Shown here: piece by piece, positions 51,101-60,993 of the stretch | How positions within the stretch are numbered: the first letter of the stretch is position 1 | Layout: every line of letters starts with the position of its first letter | Assembly: GCA_046563655.1 (NCBI GenBank) | Contig: CM102290.1 | Coordinates: 3,596,001-3,660,000, forward strand | Reading direction: 5' to 3' | DNA from: Yuukianura sp. NJ FZ-2021 | Lineage: Eukaryota | DNA: 64,000 nt | Position numbers and translations under genes: made by a program | The notes under the pieces: model-generated | Seen by the model: only the letters and a program-made list of their open reading frames with translations | Databases searched by the model: none | What the model was told of the DNA's origin: nothing

Positions 51101-54100
51101 GAAAATAGAAATTTTTTAGATAACATCATTATGTTTAAGTCTCCTGAGAGATCCGGGCGACTTGTCTCCGTTTCTTCGTAACTACAAATTGAAGTTATAC
51201 CGTAAATTGATGCTTAGGACTCCACTAGACATGAATAAATTTAAAAAAAAAGTTGGCAGCAGAAAATATTTGAATGTTGACGGTAACATACTAAGAGAAA
51301 ACGCGTCCTTAGAAAAGTAATATCACTTAAAAGAACTAACTTTTTTTTTGCGCAATTTTTCCGAAAAAAGAAGACGAAAAAAAATTATGGATCTCTTGAG
51401 AACGGAAACTGATTCTTCCGTTTCCTGTTTTCGACGACGGAGATTCGGATAGGGGACGCCAGGATGAAGGTCAAAAGGTCACTGAACATAGACGTTAATG
51501 TTATAGTCTAACAATTTCATTCCAAACGCCTTTAACTTATGCTTCTGGTAGGATTTTCAACCAATCAGATCAAGCAGCCGAAGCACGACAGTAGTGGAAG
51601 CAGTGAACGAAATAAAAAATTTGTTTAGTAGTTCCAACATGACCATAAATTGCTAAAATATTAATGATGTTTTTAGAATAAAAAGCTAAATAAGTGTGTC
51701 ATGTTCGTGCAAGTGTGACCTTGGTTCAAGAAAAACTGAAAAGTCAAAAAAGCAAGTGCTGGGTAAAGGTCATGTCAAACTTGCTTTAAAATTATAAAAA
51801 ACCAAATTCAAAATTCAAATCGGAAACAAAAATTCAAAAAATTTGCGAGAAAAGGGAAAGCAAGGCAAGCACAAAGAGAGAATGGAAAGATGAGAAGCTG
51901 AGTTGCTTGTGTGTTTTTTAATAAAGTGAAAAGAAAAAAATTTTAGAAAGTGAAAGTTACAAAATTTAAAAAAAAACAAATCAAAATCATTTCAAAAATT
52001 GTATTTTTTCTGTTTATTTTTTTTTAGCAGAAAAGAAGGTCAAAGGTCAAACTAAAAACTGAAAGTGTATGCGTGTGTAAATGTGATGATTGACGGAACG
52101 TGACTCACCCCTTTACGAAACTGTTTAGTAATCGACAGAATACAGAGGAGGATGAAGGTGTGTAGTTAGAGATGAGCAGAGCAGAAGAAAGGTGGGAATG
52201 TTTTCAGAAGGAAAACAGTCATTAAAAGCGGCAGAGTTGGATATTTTTTAAATTTTGATTTTTTTTTTTTTAAAAAGATATGTTTTGTTTTGGACACAGC
52301 CAGCACGAGAATGGCGACCACCGAGAGAGACATTTTTTTTAGGAGAGAGAACAGTCAAAGCCACCAAAAACAAACAGAAAACAGAAAAAACACATCAGAC
52401 TCTCACAAAAGTCACAAGAATTGAGTAGGGGAGGGGGGAAATACAAAGTCTGAAGGGGGAGGGGGTTTGGGTTATTGAACTTGTAATATCGAATTTTCCC
52501 GGCAATTTAATTAAGGGGGTGAAATGAGACATATTGAGCACATAATGACTTTTAATGATTTTCTGGAAGAAGTTTCCCTTACCTCAGCATAGTGATCTTC
52601 ATTTTGTTGTAGAAGATCTACACAGAGTTCAGCCAAATGAATCAATTCCTCCAGTCTCTTACTAGGGTTGAGCTCTTGACCTTCTTGACTCAAATCTTCT
52701 GCAAAAGTCACATAAATTTCAAAATTTCCATGAAAAAAACAGTTGAAGTAGTGCATCCAATTTTGAAATTTCAAGTCGATCTTAAGCATTTTTTCTCAAA
52801 TTCTGTTAAATCTTTGTCTCTTTCTATTTTTTGCTAAATTTTTGCCGTCAATGACGTTTTTTTACTAAATTTTTACCATCAATTTTGGCTTCGTTTGAGA
52901 GTTGAGTGTAGTTGACGAGAGCTGCATTTTCCAGGCACTTTTTAATAACAGTCCGCGTTTCCTCTGGGGGAACAGGAGTTACGATGTCCTTCATCAGAAC
53001 CTGCAATGATCAAATAACATTAAATGACCTGAGGGGTCAGAGGTCACGTTGCTAAGAGATGTCAAGGTCAAGGCATCACCAACCCGTTCCAAAAGTGAGA
53101 GCGTAGCTTTAAGAGCCCCTTCAGGCCGTCCAAATGGAAAACAGTATCGGAAGTTGGTGATTTGATTTTCGAGCAGAATCCGGAGTCGTTCCTTGATTTC
53201 CTGGAACCGCTCCTTTTCTTCATGCGTCACCGTCCCCACTCCGTCCGGTCTGTTTTTTTTAGTCAGTACATACATTAGAACATGCGTTATGACAAACGGG
53301 GGGAGGAGGGGTCAAGGTCATAGTCACCATCGAGAGGTCAAAGTTCATCATCATCATCATCAACATCATCATCATCATGAGACTTAGAAGAAGTTAGTCA
53401 ACAAAGCAGGCCCAAGATCCTCTTCATGCTTTTCAGTTCTTTTCTAAATTAGTTTTCTAAAATGACCATTCAGGGGAATCATTACCAACTTTTTTGAAAA
53501 GTTTTTCAAACATGACAACTCCATGCTTTTCTTTAATGCTGGGTCAAAAGTCAACATCCGAAAGCGTCAAAGGGAGGTCAGAGGTCAAGGGTGTGTGTGT
53601 GGAAGTGATGAAAATTTGTGCAGAAACATCAATAAATTTCCAGTCGTTGCCTGAGGACTTGCCCTTGGGCCTGTTTTGTTTGAAAATTGAAAGTTTTGAA
53701 GACATACAGCCAATAGAGAGAGAGGCAGAGAGAGGAGACTTGGTGAAAGCCATATGGACACACTGAGCGTCGCTGGATGCGCAGCGCAGGCGCTGCTTCG
53801 ACGACTTTTTTACGGGATGGCATTCGGTTGGGACAGAGCTTGAAAGATAGAAAAGAGACAGAAGAAAAGGAGTAGCATACATGTCTAACCTGTTGCCATG
53901 GACATGGGAAGCACAGAATGCAAACGAGTAGTGGATCAGCGTTGGGTCAATCATCAGCCCACGCTCAGTTCGATCCAGAAGGTCGGTGAGGTAGACCAAG
54001 TGACGGTAGCATCCGCGGACGCCGTACCGAGCACAGTACTCTTCCAGCACAAAGACTTGACCTGGACTGAACCAGCCCTGGAACAAAAAAAAACAAGAAA

Positions 54101-57100
54101 GCTAAATTTCTGAAATTTCAAATTTTTCTTCCTTCTGGCACTGGAACAAAAAAAAACAAGAAATTTTTCTGAAATTTCAAATTTTTCTTCCTTCTGGCAC
54201 TGGAACAAAAAAAAACAAGAAATTTTTCTGAAAGTTTAAATTTTTGCTTGTTCTGTCGCTGGAAGAAAAAAACTCAAAGACAAACCAACTTGAAATTCGA
54301 AACTTCTCCAAGCAAATAATCCTCAAAATTTTTTTTTGCGCATGCGTGAATCTTACGAGTGAGCAGTAGGGGTCGTTGAGACGAAAGTCGAGTGTTAGGG
54401 TTTGCAAATGGCGAAACATAGAGTGATGATCGAATTTACAGGGATCTGCGGATATGTACTCCTCCATTCCATGTTTCCTGGCTCGATCGGCATCTAAAAC
54501 ATGGGATATTCTTAACAAGTTCAAAATTTTGAAAAAAATTATCACTTTTGGTACGAACCTCCTTGGATTTTTGAAATTGTAGAATTTTTGGCGGCAGGAG
54601 TTAGAGGTGGCGTGGGTTTGTGAGCTTGACCTGTAGCCCTGTACATGGCCATAACCCACAAGTGACTTTCATTTTCATCATCACAGGCGTAGAGGACACT
54701 GTCCCCCTCCTTCACGGCATTGAAAAAGAACCGTCCTCCCTCCAGATCTAACCATTTTAATAACTTATTTTAGCATAAACTAATCAAATATAATATTAAT
54801 AACTTAATCTTTAATATAGGAATTGTTATAAAGTAGTAAAAGTAGTCTTTCAGTTCATACCCATTCCCACCATGAGGTTAGCTTGAAATTTAACATTCAA
54901 ACATATTACAAAATTTCGAGAAAAAAAAACACTTTTTAAATCCATCTGCAAATTTTTTCTTTGTTACAATGTAAAGTTTACGGCAGAGGGAAACTGCAAA
55001 CCTGATTTCAGGTTTTAAATTTACATCTTTAATTTTAATTTGTCTTAAATGCCATTTAGCTTGGTCAGATTTCAAAAATTTTTGGTTCTAAAGCAGATTT
55101 TGAAACTGAAAAAATTTGAACAAAAAATTTTGAAACTTACCGCTGGCTGGTTCAATGTAGTCAACGGTATATCCATCAAGTTGTAGCATCTCCGTAGGTT
55201 CGGACTTCTTTTCCTTGTAAGAGCACATGGCGAAAGTATATTGCGACACTTGGACTAGGATAAAGTAACGCTTCTTCCACTTCTTCCAAACGCCTTTACC
55301 CAAGGCGTACAGGTAGCTACAGATTTCAAAATTTTGAAAAAAAAAAATATTGTAATTGAGTTGGCCTTTCAGTCAAGTTTTGAAAGAAAGCAGAAATCGA
55401 TAGCCAAATCGGAAACGTAGAAAGTAATTTCTAGTTTCCTGGTAACATATTATTTTCTTCTTCTAAAAAACGTCCAATTAGGTATTGATATTTCTACACG
55501 CACATTCCTGCGTTGTGCACACGCAAAATATAGTGTGCACAGTTAACACATCTTTGTGTGTGTGTGTGTGTGTGACCAACCACACACACAAAAAAAAGAA
55601 AAGTGAAAGTGTACTGACCCGCAGTGTTTCATATTGAGTGGCTTGTCCATTCGACATGCAATTTTAATTCTCAAATCCTGATCTGCTGCACTCTTCGGTA
55701 CGTTCATTTTGTGCCACTCGGGAGCCTTAAAATCAATCACAGATCGAAATTATTCCGATTTCCAAAAAAGTGTTAGTTTTTTTTGAAAAGTTAGTTTTTG
55801 GGTGTACTTTATTGGAGAGTGGTGTAGGCCGGAGGACGACTTTGCCCAGTTCCTTGTCCTCTAGAGCCAGCATGGCTGGATTCTCTGTGTACAGTTTCAC
55901 TTTGACAGTAGGAAGTGGGTAGTAAGTGGAAAAATCTCCCTGGGTATCCCACCTACACACAAAATTCATACAAATTTATCAAGTATTCTTACCAATCTCT
56001 AATAAGCCACCATGGATTCCATTCAAAATGAGGGTTCTACCCATCAAAAAATAAAACATAAAGTAAAAACGAAGAACCTAACGTGAAAAACATAATGTGA
56101 AAATGAAGCGGCGGGGGTGGAACTAATCTTATGAGTTTCACAGATTACTTCATTTCCTACTTTCACTTTAGGTGAAACCCACATCTTCTTTTCAAATGAG
56201 CGTAGTACAGCGACCTAAATTCAAATTACATTCAAACTAAACCTAAAATATAGCATTAGCCCGTTACGCAAAAGAATCGATTACCATCGATTATTTAGCA
56301 ATTAGTTTCAACCCAATTAAATTGTTTTTGAAGTCCTATTTTGCATTAGGTAATTTATATTACCAAAACAATTCGTCTAGCTTACTGTTTTCCGTAACAA
56401 CTTTTTTAACATTTTACATTTACTTTCATTGAAACTAAAAACCCAAAGTTTAACGAAAGTTTAAAAGTAAGCTTTGCTTCTATACAAAGTATGCATAGGG
56501 TTATAGAGTGCAACAAGTGACGAATTGGTTTCCTTCAAGATTTTTTTTAAAGTTGTTTAAAATGAGATAAAAATCGATAAAAATGGAACTGATGTGGTAA
56601 AAGTGCAAAAGGTCAATCGGCTGTTACCCGCCAAACCTGATTCCATGTAAATGTTAACCTTTAAAAAAAGACTTTTTCGTGGGCTGTAACATCGAATGAA
56701 CTAGAAATCCTGTGTTTGGGATGCAGGAGAAAGTTGCCGAGGATTCATTTACTTTGCAGTGGTAAGTTAGGATAGATAGAGAAAGTGGAACTTTAGGTTT
56801 AGAAAAAGTGGAATGTGGAAGGCTACAAAGTAGTTGCTGGAGAGTGGAGTGGATGAATGCCTCTTTCCTCCCACTTAACTTAAACGTCTGTTTATCCTGT
56901 CTGTCTTCCAGACTTAAGTCTTTGTGCCCGGCGGCTTTTTTCAAAATAAATGGGAGGGAGGGGGACTTGGCTTGAGCAAGGGCCCCACCTAATTTTGGTG
57001 GGACGAGCACAGATTGCCAGAATACTAAAGAATTACATGGGTTTAGAGGCCTCTGCTTGATCCGTCTGCAGTTTCTCTCCACCCTCGACCTCCATTGTGC

Positions 57101-60100
57101 AGTACACGATGCGATTGGGTGCCAGTGATTTGAGTCCCTTCACTTCCATTACGATGACCTGACAAAAAGAAGTGACAATCAGCCGAATCCAGAAAATACT
57201 GGTCCTGTCTAGACAAAACTGGACTTTTCCGGGTAAAAACTAAACTTCACTTGGCAAAAACAGGACTTTTTTGGACACAACTCGACTTTTCGGGATTATG
57301 CTTCCAAGGACTTTTTTTTTCTGACACACTGCATTAGCGAACTGTCAAGTCAATGTTAATTGATTGACCAGGCCCTTGAAGCGGCTTGAAGCCTATGTCA
57401 AAAGTGGCGGGAGACTTGTGGACGTTCTATTCTGGACCACTCAGGCTCATGGTATGGACGTTATTACAGTCAGTTCTCTCATGTTCGAACGAGCCCTGTT
57501 TGGTTGATGGAAGAGAAAGTCCCTCCCTTGTACCGTAAAATTCCAAACAACCTCACCCGGAAGATACCGTACCAGTTTAGAGCATACAAAACAAGAATAT
57601 GAATTGTGTTAAACGTTTGACATTCTAAGAAAACTAATCTCGTATTTTAAATCTTCAGTTTAAAATGAATAACACAACTGTAATTGTCACAATGTTAATG
57701 TGTTGTGTCAGCTAATCCCTCCAAAAAATTTTTGTCCGTTGAGATTGTTCCGTAAATACTTTACGGTAACCCCCACTCGAGTGAATAGACGCCCATGAGA
57801 GAACTGACTGTATGCTACTTTAGGCTACGTAATTTCAAAAGCATAGTCATCGGTTCGGAAATGTCCGTCCAAGACTTTCCCTCAACGGCGTCATTCTACT
57901 TTTTACACAATTTCAATTCTGTCTAAACTTTCAGTTGGATTCAACTTTTAACTTTTAAACTTTTCAAGTGAAAAAAATTTCATTTTCTCTAAACTTTTCC
58001 TTTGCTCAATCACCTTGCTGAGTTTACCAAAAAAGTTTTATACTACTAAATTTTTTTTATGTTGAAATTTTGAAGAATTTTACTCACCTCAAGTTGAAAG
58101 GTGAGAACGACGTCCATTTTACTCAACTGCGTATCAGAGTCTGTGGCATCTCCTTCCATTTTGGCCAAAGAGGCTTGAGATCTGGACCATCAGGATGAAA
58201 CAAAAACAAAAGTTTTTGAAAAATACTGTGTTCATGGCTTCTTTTTTAATTTAAAATATTTTCGACATTTTCTAAAAAAAAAGTTAGTTTTTTGAAAAAA
58301 AAAGAGATTATAGAAGAAGATAAAGAGAAAAGGAGGAAGAGAAAAGTGTAACAAGTAGATTAATGTAATGCAGCTTCTACAAAAAGTTTAGAACGAGAAA
58401 CTGATTTAAGCTGCATAGGACGACGACCAAGGAGAAAGTTTTTGTTTTCAAGAGAAATTTTCAAGAAAGTGTTTCAAAAACACTCAAGAACAAAGCTCAC
58501 TTTTATCTTGTTCATTTTTCTTTCACGAAAAAAAAACATTCTAAGTTAACCAAAGCAAATCCCTTTCATTTTAACAAAAATATTCAAAATAGTTCATTTC
58601 TTCTCAAAAATCTGTTTTTTGTTAACCCGTTTTTAAAAAAATCTGCGGTTTGAGTTAGTTTTTGACTTTTTAACCTAACTTGTTTTTTGAAAATTTAGCA
58701 AAAACTGAAAGTTGGGAGGACGTATTAGGTAATTACCTTAAAACTGAGCTTCTCCTGAGCGTTGTTAGTTGCAGATATAAGGAAAAAGAGAGAGAAAGAA
58801 GAGTTTTGAATTAGTAGAAGACAGAAGGCAGAAACAGTTGGATATTTTGGATATGACTCAAGAGCAAAAGACTAAAAGAGTTAGTACTAAAAACTAAAAT
58901 TTTGAAAATAATTTTTGAAAAAAGAAAAAGGAAAAGTATGCTCTTGGGAGTCAGAGAAATGGTTCTGGAAGAAGAGATAACTCACAAGTGAGAGATGACA
59001 AGAGAAAGGTGGCCGTACCTATGGTTATACTTTTTTAAAGTTTTAAGGCCATATTTAGAATCTGTTGAGCCTTTGGACACTGGAAGAGACTCAAGGTTAG
59101 CCATGAGCACATTGATTGCAGAGCGACACTCTTCGATATACAGTGACTCCATTTCTTTCAAAACGAACCGCGGCATCAACTTCCGGTTTCGCTCCATATC
59201 CGACACCTTTTGACGACGACCGTCGAGCTCTCTCCGAATTGCTGCCGCTTGCTCATCCGCCGAGTCGAGCTGCGGACATCCAAAATTCAAAATTTCAAAT
59301 TTTGCGCAAACAAATTTTTAGTTCAATTCTGACGATGCTGTCATTCTGGTTCGTACCAGGCTGTGGTGAGCTAAAATTTAGCATAACTTTAAGAGAGGTC
59401 AAAGGTTATGTACCTGGAGGGCATTAAAAAGCAGTTGATGTTCAAATTTTTTGACGCCGAGAATTTGTTGAAACATGTCGTAGAGTTGTTCTTTGGACAA
59501 AATGAGTTCGGAATGAAGCGACTGCTGAAGCCTTGGTCTCTTGCTGTCATCATCTCCCTTGAAAATACAGTCAAATTTGGCCATCCAACTGGCCAGCACC
59601 GTTTCTTTACTCAGTCCATCAATTTCCGGTAAAGATCTGCAAGGTCAAAGTCATTTTCAAATTTTGTTTTTTCAAATTTTGAATTTGGAAACTTACCGAA
59701 CTCTCTTTTCGACATTGTTTTTGAAAACTTCTCGAAAGTCATGGTGAGAGCATGCTCCAGCCTGCACCATCCTCAGCACTCTCTCCGACCTCAGAAAGAC
59801 TTCCGAATAGTTGTGAACAGCATTTTGAAAAGCTTCGTCGGCAGCAATCTGTGTGTCTCCCTTGAGAAAACTCTGAAAAGTTTGGGGCAAAGTGAGACTT
59901 TATTGGTTCGAAGGAGGTTAAGTTTACTGGAACATAACCTAAGTTAGGTTAGGCAAAAGCCAAAAAGCGGGCAACTTACTTGGAACCGTGCCTGGATTGT
60001 ATCCAACTGTGACTTGGTAACTTTAGTGTGGCGCTTCGTCATGTCTGTTGGTTGCTTGGCATTGAATGGATAAGCTACACACCGTGAAATGAAAACATAA

Positions 60101-60993
60101 AGTTGGAGGCGTGTTTTTCGTTGCTCTTCTTCCCGCTCTTGCTTCTCCTGGTCAAATAAGTTACGTTTTGAATAGATTAGTTTTTGGCGGGAGATTTTGA
60201 ATTTAAAAAGTTACGCTTTGCTGTCAAGGGTCAAGAGTAGGGGTTGTACATCCGGATATAAATCCGGTTTTTTGACGGATTCGGATTCTTCCAAATCCGG
60301 ATTTCAAAAAAACTGAATCCGGATTTCACAGATTTTTTGTACTATTTCAGGCTATGAAGAATTGGAAAATTGACGCCGAAAACCGAAAAATTGGGTATAA
60401 AATAAAACATGTTTGCTTAAATTAAGTTAATTAAATAAAAAGGAACCTTCCTGTACCGACGTTTGTTTTAGTAACTTGTTTAGTTGTTCATAATTAAAAA
60501 AAAACAAAAAACAAAACTTATGCGAAATCCTATGTACATATTCTGAAATCCGGACTTAATCAAAATCCGTCAAAATCCGAAATCCGGATTTCTAGAAAGC
60601 GGTGACGGATGCACACCTCTGGTCAACAAGTACCTGGGGATCAATGGAGTTCGGCAGGGCTTTTTCCGAAACAAGTGACGGTGCGGGTGACGTTGGTCTT
60701 GGCAGGTTGGTTCCTCGTGAAGGAGTTCCGCTGAGGGAAGTGTTGGCAGTGCCAGGACTCGAACCAAGGCTCCCTGAAGGGCCCCCACCCGGGGCAAGAG
60801 AGTCCGTGACTGTAGAAGGGACCCCTGGAGAGCTTGACCTCGCATGGTGGGTCGGGTGGGCGTGGTGAGGTACTTCAAGGCTTGGTGGTGCTGGAGGTTC
60901 GGAGTGGAGGTGGGCCCTTGGATGGGCAGCCACGGCCAAGGGCTCTCTCTGCTCATCGTCACTCTCCTCCTCAGATGAACTCGGGTCAATCAT
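48170..60993 (-). CDS. CADPS: Calcium-dependent secretion activator (CAPS/UNC-31)
   Basis: Starts [11 protein letters not shown] at 60993. Core exons: 60993-60634, 60147-59980, 59872-59697, 59636-59414, 59269-59019, 58181-58088, 57158-57037, 55952-55808, 55725-55619, 55316-55141, 54747-54559, 54493-54357, 54077-53890, 53249-53084, 53000-52877, 52698-52583, 50352-50196, 50137-49996, 49904-49595, 49173-49015, 48950-48831, 48763-48659, 48593-48457 and 48368-48170. C2 ([26 protein letters not shown]), PH ([25 protein letters not shown]) and MUN/MHD ([22 protein letters not shown]) motifs are present. Confidence 0.97.
49235..49510. repeat. Possible DINE-1/Helentron-associated-type interspersed repeat in a CADPS intron
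   Basis: (CTGT)n-CCGT microsatellite followed by TATCTCGGAAACGGCT and AGGTCA repeats, an arrangement reminiscent of insect DINE/HINE elements; ends not defined. Confidence 0.35.
52109..52120 (-). CDS. CADPS: CADPS 12-nt microexon (FRKG)
   Basis: Minus strand reads ...tactaaacag|TTTCGTAAAGGG|gtgagt; phase 0-0 between HYAE and AFAWFSDL. Confidence 0.65.
53764..53838 (-). CDS. CADPS: CADPS 75-nt cassette exon candidate
   Basis: ctatctttcaag|CTCTGTCCC...GACGCTCA|gtgtgt; phase 2-2, stop-free ([24 protein letters not shown]), inserted after HVHGN. Confidence 0.5.
54078..54285. repeat. ~59-63-bp tandem repeat (about 3.5 copies) containing the CADPS 3' splice site
   Basis: Unit CTGGAACAAAAAAAAACAAGAAA...TTTCTGAAATTTCAAATTTTTCTTCCTTCTGGCA starts at 54078, 54141, 54200 and (partial) 54259. 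Confidence 0.85.
54861..54881 (-). CDS. CADPS: CADPS 21-nt microexon in the PH domain (ANLMVGM)
   Basis: aatttcaag|CTAACCTCATGGTGGGAATGG|gtatga; phase 1-1 between IEPAS and [10 protein letters not shown]. Confidence 0.75.
57467..57810. mobile_element. Tc1/mariner-type MITE in a CADPS intron
   Basis: Perfect 17-bp TIRs CAGTCAGTTCTCTCATG / CATGAGAGAACTGACTG, TA on both sides. Confidence 0.8.
58737..58754 (-). CDS. CADPS: CADPS 18-nt microexon (RSSVLR)
   Basis: Long pyrimidine tract, then tgcaactaacaacgctcag|GAGAAGCTCAGTTTTAAG|gtaatt; phase 2-2 between YNHR and SQASL. Confidence 0.72.
60238..60592. repeat. ATCCGGA(T)-rich element in the first coding intron of CADPS (probable degenerate MITE)
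   Basis: Clusters of ATCCGG/ATCCGGAT at ~60251-60325 and ~60548-60590 flanking an AT-rich core; termini not resolved. Confidence 0.45.

Noticed and set aside
53346..53378. (CAT)n run giving a poly-His ORF (53193-53387 +)
   Set aside because: Intronic microsatellite antisense to CADPS; similar simple repeats occur at 31143-31160 (GAT) and 55555-55574 (TG).
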